From Octopus sinensis (lineage: Eukaryota), in the NCBI RefSeq assembly GCF_006345805.1, contig NC_043004.1, positions 99,262,001-99,326,000 of the forward strand: a DNA stretch of 64,000 bases, in the 5' to 3' direction. Position numbers and translations under genes: made by a program. The notes below the pieces were generated by a model, which saw nothing but the letters and a program-made list of their open reading frames with translations, did no database searches and was not told the origin of the DNA. This document shows positions 1-13,274 of the stretch, in pieces (the first letter of the stretch is position 1; each line of letters opens with the position of its first letter).

Positions 1-247
1 TGCTTGATTTATGGAAGACTAGCAGTCGCCCATGAATACCAGCCTTCCCTCTCCACGCCACCGATGTTATCCAAAGGAAAGGCAAAGACCGATACAGCTT
101 GGCACCAGTGACGGCGCAACTCATTTCTACAGCAGTGAAATGGAGCAACGTGTGCTTACGAACACAACCAACAGCCCAACCCGGAAATCGACCTCACTAC
201 CTCATGATTGTGAACCTGATGCTGTAACCACGGAGCCATTCGCCTTC
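1..247 (-). mobile_element. tRNA-derived SINE, old copy, cut by window start
   Basis: The reverse complement starts GAAGGCGAATGGCTCCGTGGTTACAGC...GGTCGATTTCCGG (degenerate A/B boxes). Its head and CGTTGCTCCA block resemble the SINE at 2182-2503. Confidence 0.65.
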
Positions 248-289
248 AACTTTGGAGAGAATTTACGCGAGAAATATATCCTCTATGCA

Positions 290-780
290 AGAGGAGATAT
301 ATGGAAGAGTTGTCGGTGATTAATAGAGTTCGGAATGCCAAAAAGTGGGTAAGATGTATAAAGTGGGTAATGAAAGGGGTGATTACACCCAAGTTAATTG
401 GAAGTCATTAGTATTGATGTCCAAATATAGCGATGAGAGAATGGTGTCTAAGGCTGTGCTGAGACCAGAATTCTGAGTAAACTTTGAGTAAAGATTGTAG
501 ACTGGATAAAGGAAAGAATGTAGACTGGATTTTTGGTAGGGAGTCATGAATTTGTGTGTCGGAGAGTAATAGCGTGCAGGGTTGGCATATTAGTATGATG
601 TGACGAGGAAGAGTGGAAACGAGATAGGAACGAAATCAGGGAATATCAGACAAAACGCAAATTTTTCTAGTATTTGACACCTCCGTCGGATGTGAAGAGA
701 GCCAGCACTAATAGGTCACAGGAACTTGAAGCAAGAAAACTGGTTCGAAAGCAGGAGATGTGATGAGAGCTTAGATTGTT
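290..780 (-). mobile_element. possible decayed 5' region of a Penelope-like element
   Basis: C/T-rich minus strand with broken LLRI..QH..FLSS....NDFQLTW-like peptides that recall PLE N-termini. Heavily disrupted. Confidence 0.25.
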
Positions 781-939
781 TGACACCTACATCTTCCCAC
801 CCGAAAAGAGGACATATTTATGCTGTATATAACGAGACTACCTTTGAAGAATGGTATCAGATGATTTGCAGATGAATTGCTTTCTACAAGAATGTTCATT
901 CATTTGAGAGATCTTTTCGAAGGTATCTGTACAAAAAGA

Positions 940-1775
<836 letters not shown>

Positions 1776-2181
1776 TTATGTGTGTGTATGCATGAAGATG
1801 TCATGTACGCTGTTTGCTAAATATTTCGGTATGAGAATGCCAAATTAATTTATTGAACATTACACGCACTATATTTATAGTCGCAGGGCATGAACCCTAA
1901 AAAACTAAACAGGATTAAAAGCTTATGAGCTTTCGTGTGAAGTAAGATTTGGTCGCCATGTGTCTCATTAATTACTCTTACACGCCATTAACAAACAAAT
2001 TCTTTTGAAGAGTGGGAGATACATATCTGACTTAATTTAATTCCATGATTTGAAATATATTATATTTTCCTTTGTCCGTTATATTTTAGATAATTAAAAG
2101 TTGTCAGATCAACTTTTGAAATCACATAAAGTTGTTTCATAAAGCATGTTTGTGGGAAGTTATATAGAAACACTACAACTG

Positions 2182-2503
2182 GCATTCCGTCGGTTACGAC
2201 GAGGAGGATTCTAGTTAATCCGATCAACGGAACAGATTGCACGTGAAATTAACGTGCAAGTGGCTGAGTACTCCACAAACACGTTTACTACCCTTAACGC
2301 AGTTCACAGAGAGATTCAGTTTGGCAGAGTGTGACAAGGCTGGCCCTTTGAAATAGGAGGCTTACACATTTTTGCCAGCTGAGTTGGCTGGAGCAACGTG
2401 AAATAAAATATTTTGCTCAAGGACACAACACGTCACCGGGAATTGAACTCATAACCCTAAGACCGTGAGCCGAATACCCTACCACTAAGTCATGCGCCTT
2501 CAC
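2182..2503 (-). mobile_element. tRNA-derived SINE sharing its 3' half with the 3126 family
   Basis: The minus strand begins GTGAAGGCGCATGACTTAGTGGTAGGG...GAGTTCAATTCCCGG (A/B boxes) and ends CCGTTGATCGGAT...CGTCGTAACCGACGGAATGC, as in 3126-3512. Confidence 0.85.
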
Positions 2504-3125
2504 TGTAGGAACATTATCCATATAGAAAAAGAATGGTTAAATTAGTGCGAGCATATTTAACATTGTGAGCAAAAATATCTTAATCAATCAACATGACCTC
2601 CTGCAGTGAGTAGAAATAAGCTTTCGCTTAATGCTTAATTCTAATCAAGAAAAGTAGGAACGACAACTTTGAAATATCGCTTTACATTAAGTGATTAATT
2701 AAATGAATTCGTTCACTATACTATGTTAGCAGTGATTTAACTGTTTATAAATAAGTTTACGTTACAATCAGTGACTCAGCAATTAATCGTCACAGAAAAC
2801 GTTTTAATATATCAAATGAATATAGAATAAAATTCAATTTTAATTTGCAGACAAAAATTCAAATTTATAATTCTATTCTTAATATGCTTTTGAATAAATC
2901 TTTATGAAATGACAAATTGATTGTTTCGAAACGGCAAGTTTTATTTGTTTGACTATAATCTCACATTAAATTGTTTCTGTTCAAGTTGTGTAGAAATGCT
3001 GGATGTATACCTGTAAGCACATGAGTAATTGTCTTACCTGCATAATATATTGATACAGAACCTCAAAAGACACATCGATTAAATGAAAAGGGTCATAGTG
3101 TTGTTGAGATTGCATTTCTGATACA

Positions 3126-3512
3126 GTGGAGGCGCAATGGCCCAGTGGTTAGGGCAGCGGACTCGCGGTCATAGGATCGCGGTTTCGGTTCCCAGACCGG
3201 ACGTTGTGAGTGTTTATTGAGCGAAAACACCTAAAAGCTCCACGAGGCTCCGGCAGGGGATGGTGGTGATCCCTGCTGTACTCTTTCACCACAACTTTCT
3301 CTCACTCTTACTTCCTATTTCTGTTGTACCTATATTTCAAGGGGCCGGCCTTGTCACTCTCTGTGTCACGCTGAATATCCCCGAGAACTGCGTTAAGGGT
3401 ACACGTGTCAGTGGAGTGCTCAGCCACTTACACGTTAATTTCACGAGCAGGCTGTTCCGTTGATTCGGATCAACCGAAACCCTCATCGTCGTAACCGACG
3501 GAGTGCTTCAAT
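3126..3512 (+). mobile_element. full-length tRNA(Arg)-like SINE with probable TSD
   Basis: A box TGGCCCAGTGG and B-box-like GGTTTCGGTTCC. Near-identical to the inverted copy at 29661-30047. CATTTCTGAT is repeated at 3113-3122 and 3515-3524. Confidence 0.92.
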
Positions 3513-4396
3513 CCCATTTCTGATGTAATGGAATGATTTCAAACCCCTCCCAGACTACAATCTCGACCATATCAGCTTCGCAAATACGTAATCAAAAATG
3601 CCCCTAAATGCGAGAAACATATGAACTTGCTGAAAAAGTTGCTTGCCTATGGGTTTCATTCACATTATCATTTGTGCTTCAAGTTTCGTAATAATGCGTC
3701 GACGATGCTCTCGCAAAACCATGTTTGTTATGTGGGTTACGGCTAACAGTTTGGTAATGTCTCTTATACTCTCCCCTCTGTACCTTAATTACACACTTAA
3801 TGCCACTGTTAATGCCTTAATGACACTATATTTCTTTGCTGGTGACATTGCTGTTCACACACCTTTTAATTTTCTTATATGTACATGTCATTTACATATA
3901 ACATAGATATCATACAACATCTTACACTAAACATACAGTGGTTACAGAAACACGTCCTCCGAGGGGACCATAATAAACTAGTCTCCTTTAAACACCAAGT
4001 ACAGTCGCAATAGTTTTATAGAAGAGACAATTGCTAAACCCTATCTACGCACGCATAGCACATACAGAAAAACAGTCCTTATAAATGCTGGTCATTAAAA
4101 TTCCTGATAATATTCTAAGGATATTCTATATATAAACATGACAAAAGCTACAAAACAAAGACTAGGTTTTTTTTTCTTCAGAACTAGGAAATACTTCAGC
4201 TCACATCAATTACTGAATTTCTTCAACGATCAGGATCCATAATTCAAGGCAGTTCATGTATTTTATCCGTGTAAAAACCATAGACTCCATCCTAAAATCT
4301 GATTGGTAGAAACCTATATACCAGTACACCACACAACAACTGGCACACAGACACGCCCTTCCGTATGTTAGTTTCTTCTGTTGGTGATATACTGTC

Positions 4397-4600
4397 AGGT
4401 GGTGAGCTGGCAGAACAGTTAGCATACCGAGTAAAATGCTTAGTAGAATTTTTTCCGTCTTTACGTTCTGAGTTCAAATTCTGCTGAGGTCGACTTAGTC
4501 TATCAAACTTTCGGGGTCGATAAAATAAGTACTAGTTGTGACTGAGCTCATTGCTTTCAACTAACCCCCTCCTACAACGTTTCAGGCCTTGTGCCAATTC
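4397..4600 (+). mobile_element. SINE (GGCGAGCTGGCAGAA-type, CORE-like), tail interrupted by a mariner
   Basis: GGTGAGCTGGCAGAACAGTTAGC...GAGTTCAAATTC...TTTCGGGGTCGATAAAATAAGTAC...GGCCTTGTGCC. The tail appears to resume as GAAAGGAT at 5162. Confidence 0.8.
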
Positions 4601-5161
4601 TATTGGGTTGTCCGGAAAGTTAGTGCCGATTTGTAACAGCTTACATTTCGACTTACTTTAGAACATGGTTGAGTCCATAAAATAGGATTTGACTACACCT
4701 CCATTTAGAGCACAGTTTAAGCTATCTTTTCCTGGAAGTAGATTTATAATCATACAACCTGTGTTAATTCTGTAACCTTTTAAAATGGAAGAAAGTTCAT
4801 TTTCGGCACTTGATGATTTGGGAACTAGACAAAAATTGCTGCAGCTCGGCTGGGGTGTGTTACCCCACCCTCCATATTCACCAGATATTGCTCCTTCGGA
4901 TTTCCACTCATTCAGGTTTCTGCAGAATAGTCTTAATGGTAAAAAATTTCAATTCCTTGGATGACGTAAAAAGATACCGTGATGAATTCTTTGCCATGAC
5001 ATCAATTCTGGGAAGGGAGTATTTTTACGTTAAAGGAAAGATGGAGACGCATTGTGCAACAAAATGGTTCATATTTGGTTGATTAAAAATGTAATGGCAG
5101 GTATTTATTGACCTTTTTCTTTCCTTTAAAAATCAGCATGAAGTTTCCGGACAACCCAATA
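4601..5161 (+). mobile_element. internally deleted mariner (Tc1/mariner) transposon
   Basis: Imperfect ~30 bp TIRs TATTGGGTTGTCCGGAAAGTT..GCCGATTT / AAATCAGCATGAAGTTTCCGGACAACCCAATA with TA ends. The transposase N-terminus (KVHFRHLMIWE) is fused to the C-terminus (LGWGVLPHPPYSPDIAPSDFHSFRFLQNSLNGK...RWRRIVQQNGSYLVD*). Confidence 0.95.
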
Positions 5162-5613
5162 GAAAGGATATACAACTAGGTTAGTTATTACTGCATGTTA
5201 AACCCAGCGATTGTAACTATCTTTCTCTCACTATCATATATTACTTCCTAAAATTTGTACTAAACACTTCTTGATGACCCTGCTCTCTCCTCCTTCAGAC
5301 TGCAAGAATGACAAAAACCTTCCTTTCAGCATCGTGGTAACTTTGATACAGTTATTCAACTTGCAAGAGACAGCAGTAAAATTTCTTTCGAATCACTCAT
5401 CATCATCCGGTCGTATGCTAATTGAACAGATCGAATCATTTAAGAAAACATATAACAAAACCTGAGAGTCTGATCGATACAGCATTACAGTAATATATTA
5501 ATGACACCCCACCCCACCCCACCCCCATCCGCATATGCCGACTTTAGCAGTGGTTTAAGGAATCCCACCTCTACAGAATTGAAACATCTTTGTTACTATT
5601 GCAGGCTATACAA

Positions 5614-5614
<1 letters not shown>

Positions 5615-5652
<38 letters not shown>

Positions 5653-5686
5653 TATACACACTACATACATCACACATACATACATG

Positions 5687-5728
<42 letters not shown>

Positions 5729-5872
5729 TATATACACATGCATATGTACATACCTACATATGTATATGTATATATTCATGCATATATGGTTACAGGACAT
5801 CAAAAATCATCAACAAAATGAGAAACCAGAGCATAAAATGCAGAAACATAGAAAACCAACAGTTTTCGAACA

Positions 5873-5938
<66 letters not shown>

Positions 5939-5969
5939 TATATATATATTATATATATATATATACATG

Positions 5970-6001
<32 letters not shown>

Positions 6002-6045
6002 CAGTGAAAGAGGAAGAAGAGAGGGAGAGGGAGAGAGAGAGAGAT
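5615..6045. repeat. (TA)n-rich microsatellite cluster plus (GA)n
   Basis: Directly visible. Confidence 0.95.
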
Positions 6046-6059
6046 TATGAATATGTCCC

Positions 6060-6290
6060 TAGGATTCTTATCTTCATATTATTCATAGCTATTTATCTGA
6101 CAATATACGTTTGATCTCATCGGAAACAGATTTGGCTAGGCTAACCATCGATTTAGTTTTTTTTTTCTCATCTGATGCAATGATGGTTCCCAAATATTTA
6201 AAATTATCGACTGGTTCTTAGGATGTTCTATTAATTTTTATGTTGCAAACTGACGGCATTTATTTTCTTTGAACTTGTCATTACATTGTG
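6060..6290 (-). mobile_element. decayed non-LTR RT fragment (RTE/L2-like)
   Basis: The minus strand encodes EPVDNFKYLGTIIASD, the KYLG motif following the RT core. Confidence 0.45.
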
Positions 6291-6639
6291 TTTATTTATT
6301 TTTGTTAAAGATTTGGATCCATCATTCCCATCGTTGATAAAAAAAATTAAACAATCCTTCTAAAATATCTTTCTTGTTTTCGTATCTTTCTTGTGTTCTA
6401 AAATATCTTTCTTGTGTTCTGATATATTTCTGAATGAGAATAATAAGTACACTTGAATAACCCACATAACTTGCATTTTTGCCCAACAGCAAATTGGTAC
6501 ATTGTTATTTCTAATTCGTTTACGTTTAGTTTCTGTGAATTATTAGTCATTAATAACATACCTAAAATTGTTCCATTTAATTAGTGGTTGAATAGACAGA
6601 CTTATTTTAAGGAAAATTATAAAATATAAATTTAATAAC

Positions 6640-6810
6640 GATCTCTAACTTTGGCACGAAGCCACAAACCTTCAGTAGAATGGTTTAGTCGATTTAATCG
6701 ATGTCAGTACGTGACTTGTACACAGCTTATCGACCATAGAAGGACAATCATAACCATATTTGAATTCACAATATAAAGGGACATAACTAAATAACGCCAA
6801 TCATTTGTGC
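6640..6810 (-). mobile_element. degenerate SINE of the 4397 type
   Basis: TTTGGCACGAAGCC...TAGTCGATTTAATCGATGTCAGTAC...TTATCGACC matches the reverse complement of the 4397 family. Confidence 0.55.
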
Positions 6811-6857
6811 TACAATATTGTTTTCCTGAAATCCAGCACACTACACTTTATATATAA

Positions 6858-7256
6858 CTAGCAGTATCGCCCGGCGTTGCTCGGGTTTGTAAGGGAAATA
6901 ACTATATAAGCATTTTTAGAGATGTAAAGTATAATAGCCATCTCAATATGGCTAATCACAAAGGGGGGGCGGTGTTACTGTAGCTTTTTACGTTCTGAGA
7001 TTTAATAATAAATTTTTAGAGAGTTACTTCCCTTATATATGCCAAAAATGCATTAAAAATGGGAAAAATTGATGGTAATTTTTTTTTTAAATCGTAGACT
7101 CATCGTAGACGCGCGCTAATACTCAGAAGGGCTTGATATGAATCACGACTATAAGATACCCGGTTTTGGTTAAACTGCACCGCAAAATGTGGGAGTAGTT
7201 AGGAATCTAAATCGTAGGAGACAGACAGCACACAACCTCACTTTTATATATAAAGA
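6858..7256 (-). mobile_element. non-autonomous Helitron (~400 bp)
   Basis: The minus strand starts A|TCTTTATATATAAAA, has CTGTCTGT near the 5' end and a subterminal hairpin CCCGAGCAACGCCGGG, and ends CTAG|T. It is inserted between A and T with no TSD. Confidence 0.88.
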
Positions 7257-8199
7257 TAATGCTTCCTAGCATATATACAAGGATGCATTGAAATACAAAT
7301 AAAAACGAATACACCCATATTATCATTTAACTGGTATTTACTTCATCCGCCCAGGGAACATTAAAAGCGAAGTGTAGCGACTTCAATGTAGTACCGCACT
7401 AATATATAAATGTAATTTTATCTTGTAGGTCTTAATGCTAAAATTATCAAGTCATGCAAGGTACTACTTTTGAGAATTATTGCCAAAATAGTTATAAATG
7501 CATTGAAACGTTGCCCAGTCATTTTCTTATAATTTCACCTAATACAGTTGTGCAAATAGAATTCAAACTACGGTCATCAACGAATGCACCGAAATGGACT
7601 GAATCACCTACAATCGCTATGTAGGTGACAAAACTTTTGCCATTTCTACAACGCTAGATTTTCTAATGATTTAGGCAGAAATGCCGGTCAGCTCCTATGA
7701 AACTTTTCAAGGGTCCACACTTTAATATTGTAAAACGGACGAAAGGATATATTTATCCTTCGGCCAGTGACTTAGCTCAAATTTTTCCAAAAATGCGCTT
7801 AAGAGACCGGTAAATTCATTTCACAATGTGATTTCTACCAATATATATCATACGTCGTGGTGGAACTGCACAAATTGTACCTGAGATAGAGAATGAAATT
7901 TGCAGGAGATTTAGTTGTCATTTCTAGAGGAACGACCTGTGGAGCTGATGATCTTCTATGGATCGTTAGATCCGTTTCTAGTTCCTAGCCGATCGGCTCT
8001 CTTCCTATGCTGACTAACACTCAAGACAGCATCTCAAGCAGTTATTTAAGGATGAAATATACCGAAATGACTGATGGTGATGTGGCTGCACTGAATGATG
8101 AAAGAGTACATTATAATTTTACCTTAGATAGTTTATAAGGCACAATTTTAAGAGCATTAATTCGTTACCAGTATATGAGAAACCAAAACAACCTACCGC

Positions 8200-8410
8200 T
8201 GATTTACGAAGGTTGTGCACTCGCTATATAAAAATAGCAACCAAATTCTCTTCAAAATTGCAGGTAGCTATTTCAAAAACAGGAAGTATATATTGGATAA
8301 TTATTCCCGGATATACAAAAGAAAAAATAAAGAGAAATAGGAGAGTCAAAGGTAGAAACTCTTTGATCATGTGTCTACTCGATCAAAGTTGACCTCGGGT
8401 GAAATAAGAA
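8200..8410 (+). mobile_element. ancient SINE-like dispersed repeat (3' part)
   Basis: ATTGGATAA...CTTTGATCAT..GTCTACTCGATCA..GTTGACCTCGG. Similar blocks lie at about 28060-28255 and 51950-52170. Confidence 0.45.
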
Positions 8411-8463
8411 CATTTATGCTGAAGATTTGGTAGGCTTCTTCAAATATCAAACTCAGTAGCAAG

Positions 8464-8477
8464 TGCTGCTGCTGCTG

Positions 8478-8521
<44 letters not shown>

Positions 8522-8543
8522 GCGGCTGCTGCTGCTGCTGCTG

Positions 8544-8582
<39 letters not shown>

Positions 8583-8980
8583 TACTACTACTACTACTAC
8601 TACTACTACTACACAATTGCATGGCCGCATTGTTAAGTGTCCTTTCCTCAAATGCTGAAATCCCTTCTTCCAATTATATTTTTCGTATCTTTCCTTTCTT
8701 TCACTTTCACTTCTTTTGGTGTCCTTGCTACTTTTGGTAATTTCTTTCTGTCTTATTATCTCACAACACTCTCTCTCTTTGTCTTACAGCATTGAGACGA
8801 CGGAGAGATTATGAGGAACTCTACCACTACCAACACCACCATTATTACTTTTACCACCAACAACACAGCAGCAAGATAACACACAACACACAACAAGAAA
8901 AAATAAGACAAGCAACAACACCATCAACAGCAGCAACAGCTGCAGTACCGCCACTACAACCACAACCACTACCACCACCA
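8464..8980. repeat. (CTA)n/(CTG)n and degenerate (CAA/CAC)n trinucleotide repeats
   Basis: Directly visible at 8464-8610 and 8820-8980. Confidence 0.9.
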
Positions 8981-9429
8981 AATATTGTACTGGTCTTCTA
9001 ATTGGAAAGCTTCCAGCTAACAATGTATATAGATTTAAGTGTGTGGCTGGAACACAGATGACAATGTTAACCATTACCAGCTACTGTTCTATCTCTGAAT
9101 CTGTTACAGCTTAATTGGACGCCAATTGGTGTTCTGGACAAGCAGCACTTGATCAAATAACTAAAAGCATAAAGGGATTAACAGAGAAAGGCTTATAGTC
9201 TAATGTTAAACCCCCACTACCAGGAGATAAGTGAAGATGTGAGAATAAAATTTTAGATCAATGTTTTGAGTGTGTATGTCTGTTTATGTATGTTTACATG
9301 TACAAATATATTGTAAGTATATAGCTATATGTCTGTGTGTGTGTTCATATATATCGACAGTTATTTGCCATATATTTATAATTGTTTGCAATGCTTAAAG
9401 AAAGATAATAATAATTCAAAATTGAGGCG

Positions 9430-10365
9430 TTTCAGTCCCTAACCAGACGGGTATATAACAAGATTACAGCCAAAACACATGATCTGTGGGAAATTCCTTC
9501 TGTAGGTGAGTTTGAGGAGTTGTTAGCTAACTCCTCCTACATCGTCTTATCGATTTTGATGAAACTTGACACGTGAGTAAAACACGTCTGGAAACCTCAT
9601 GGCATACTCAGATTGTTGAAAAAAAAATCGATAATAGGGCCGCTGGAAGGGATCCTTAAATATATCTAATACATTTCATTTCAACAGCCAAGGGAAGTAA
9701 CCCATTCCCCCAGATTTTAACAGCCAAGGGAAATAATGCATTCATTTTCCTAAATCATTTGGTATAAATTAAATTTTGTATGCTTATTTCTTAGTTTTTG
9801 AACTGTTAGAGCTATTTCCGAAATTTATACAGTACCACCCTTAAACAAGTAAATAGTATTTTCCTAAGCAATAGATCGACATATTCGGTTAGTGACTTAT
9901 TCACGAATATACCAACACAAGCGCCGCTGAGGGTAATATTCTCTGGGAACGCCCAAAAATCCCTTTTCAGAGTTGTTTACTTTGAATTGTTATTATCTCA
10001 TATCTGATTAGCAATGTATTACGTAACGTGCTTCTCGAATTTAGTATACATACCTTATTAGTGTTTCCTCCGAAGTTCTATATACTCTGGGAACTTATTA
10101 AAGCCCTTTTCAGGGCTATTTTATTTGAATTCTTACTATTAAGTAGCTAATTTCCTCTCATTGCATAACTGACTTCACAATTTGGGTATTCATAACTCAT
10201 TGAGAATTCGTAAAAACAAGATCCTGTGTAAGGCAGTTCGGTATTCTCTGTAAATGCATTATAAAAAACGTTATAAGGGTTACATACTTTATATTGTTGT
10301 TATTGGATTAGTGAAACAATTATGGGAACGGAACCAAGGGATAAGCCCCGCTTTCCCGGGAATTA
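9430..10365 (+). mobile_element. Helentron/HINE (DINE-1-like) non-autonomous element
   Basis: 5' TCCCT...GGGTATA motif, core CTAACTCCTCCTAC...GATTTTGATGAAACTTGACAC, internal direct repeats (CAGCCAAGGGAA twice; CTCTGGGAAC..CCCTTTTCAG..TTTGAATT twice), and 3' AGGGATA followed by the hairpin CCCG-CTTTCC-CGGG. Confidence 0.5.
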
Positions 10366-10406
10366 TACATTATCTACTTATACATCCTGTATAATTTCTC
10401 CATTAT

Positions 10407-10475
<69 letters not shown>

Positions 10476-10504
10476 TATATATATATATATACACATATAT
10501 ATAT

Positions 10505-10543
<39 letters not shown>

Positions 10544-10621
10544 GTATGTATACATAAATACACGTACATGCATATGTATGCATATATGTCTATATATATA
10601 TATGGGTATATATATATATAT

Positions 10622-12969
10622 AAGAATCTTTCCAGCTTGAACTTCCATAAGGCAAACTGGAAACAAATTGAGAAAGAGATCCTCAAACAAAACTGGCCTA
10701 AATGTCTCTACTCGCCAGACATCGATGTGAAACTTCAACAATTCATGTCTGTAATGCAAGCCATATGCTACAAGTGTGTCCCAGAGAGAAAGGCCACTGT
10801 ACACAAGAACAAAATCCCCAGAGAGAGGAAAATTTAATGAGACGGCGTACAAAAATTTCAAATCGCCTAAACAAACAAATTGAAAGCAGTGAAAAGTCCC
10901 GCCTGAAGCTAAAACTGTTGGAAATTGAAAAATGTATGCAACTCTCCCATGAAAAGGAAAGAGCAGACAAAGAAGCCTGGGCTATAGACAACATAAAATC
11001 TAACCCCAGAGCTTTCTACAGGTATGCCAAAGAAACAGCTACGGTGCACTGTAGGATAGGACCACTCCTTGAAAAGGATGGTACACTCACAGGAAATCCA
11101 ATGATGGTAAGTGAAATACTGAATGAGCAATTCAAGAGTGTTTTCACTCCACCCCTTGGGCATTTCCAAATCACCAATCCAACTGACTTCTTTACCACTG
11201 CAGATATAAAATCATAAACAGCGACGATAGATTACATCAATATAAAGGAAGACGGTGTAATAAAGGCTATAGATAAAATGAAAACAGACTCAGCTACTGG
11301 CCCCGATGGATTCCCGGCAATCCTCCTAAAAGTATGTAAGAGAGTCCTAGCAAGACCACTGCAGTCCCTCTTTCAGAGCTTCCTTGCAACTGGCAAACTT
11401 CCAAGAAAACTGAAGGAAGGTAAAATATGCCCTATTCATAAAGGAGGTAGCAGAGCGGAGACCAAGAACTACAGACCTATCTCTCTGACCTCACACATCA
11501 GCAAGGTCATGGAACGAATAGTCAGAAGGAAACTGATCACCTTCCTTGAAGAAAATGACTTGCTGCCTGACACCCAACATGGTTTCCGACCAGGAAGAAG
11601 CTGCTTAACTCAGCTCCTACAACACTATGACTGGGTGCTGAAACGACTGCTCAACCACTCAAATGTGGAAGTGATATATCTTGACTTTGCAAAGGCCTAT
11701 GATAAAGTCGATCATGGAATGATATGTCACAAACTGCGTGATCTTAGCATAGTTGGAAAACTGGGAGAAAGACTTCATGACTTTCTGAAAGATAGAATTC
11801 AGGTGGTAGTAGCCAATGGGGCGACTTCCATTAACACGCAAATAGTGAGCGGTGTTCTGCAGGGCACTGTTTTGGGACCACTACTGTTCATAATGGCCCT
11901 CTCAGACATGCCCTCAGCCACGCAGAGAGCCACGATCACACGTTATGCAGATGATACAAAAGTTTCACAGGCAATACAGAACCCCGAGGAAACTAAACGC
12001 CTGCAATGTGAGCTGGACGAAATATACAAGTGGGCTGAAAAGAATAGCATGCATTTCAGTGCTGAAAAGTTTCAAGCTTTATACTATCAGCATGCAAAAC
12101 TAAATGCAATACCCAATGAATACACTGGACCCGGAGGAATTGCAATCCCAGAGGCACAATCAGTGCGTGACTGGGTATTTACATGAGTGATGACGCAACC
12201 TTTCGTGTTCATGTTGCTAAATTGGCAATGAAATGTAGACGACTGGCCGGATGGATTCTTAGAACCTTTAGAACAAGAGAACAAGAAACCATGATGGTCC
12301 TCTGGGGGACACTTGTCCTAAGCCACTTTGACTATTGCTCTCAGCTATGGTCACAATCCAGTGTCAAGTTGATCACAGAACTTGAGGCGATCCAACGTAG
12401 CTACACGAAGAAAATAGCCTCTGTGCAGAATATAAGCTACTGGGAAAGACTCGAGAGTTTAAAACTATATTCCTTGGAGCGTAGGCGAGAAAGATATGCC
12501 ATAATATACATCTGGGAGATCCTGGAAGGACTTGTCCCAAACTTTGGCATCGAGAGTTACACAAATGCCAGAACTGGGCGCCACTGCGTGGTGCCAAGGA
12601 CTCTAAATTTGCCATCATGATGTAGGACAAGTTACTGTGATAGCCTGGGCTTCCGAGGCCCACATCTCTTCAATACCCTCCCGAAGAACCTAAGAGACCT
12701 GCATGGGGTTGATGCAGATGCCTTTAAAATGAAACTGGATCTCTTCTTGTCAGGTATCCCAGATGAACCAACTTGACGGCAGGCGGTGCAGATGAGGGCA
12801 GCTGCATCGAACTCTCTCATGCACCAAATGGTGGTTGCTAAAAAGCATTCGTGAAGTAAAACCATGTAGCAACACCAAATGGCGGTGCCCCAGCATGGCC
12901 ACAGCTCGTGAGCTGAAACTAGAATCAATCAATCATCAATCAATCATCAATCAATCAATCAATCAATCA
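10622..12969 (+). mobile_element. 5'-truncated CR1-group LINE, copy 1, frameshifted RT
   Basis: RT motifs GPDG, NYRPISLTS, QHGFRPGRSC, YLDFAKAYDKV, QGTVLGPLLF and YADD (ORF 11278..12186), with the C-terminus in 12183..12620. (ATCA)n tail. 5' junction inside (TA)n. Confidence 0.96.
11278..12186 (+). pseudogene. reverse transcriptase domain of CR1-like LINE ORF2 (disrupted)
   Basis: Non-LTR RT core motifs are present. Stops and frameshifts lie on both sides. Confidence 0.93.
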
Positions 12970-12985
12970 ATATATATATATATAT

Positions 12986-13274
12986 GTGGAGGCGCAATGG
13001 CCCAGTGGTTAGGGCAGCGGCCTCGCGGTCGAAGGATCGCGGTTTCGATGCCCAGACCGGGTGTTGTGTGTGTTTATTGAGCGAAAACACCTAAAAGCTC
13101 CACGAGTCTCCGGCAGGGGGTGGTGATTCCTGCTGTTCTCATTCACCACTCTTTCTCACTCTTTCTTCTGTTGGCCTGCTCGCTTAGCCAGCGGGGTGGC
13201 GTCGTTCGAAGGCTAAAACAATGCGAACGCATTGTGACCAGCGATGTGTAGCAACATTTGATGGTCTGGTCGGT

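Noticed and set aside
3126-3200. Possible tRNA gene
   Set aside because: It has A/B boxes but no clear acceptor stem or terminator, and it continues into a dispersed SINE body.
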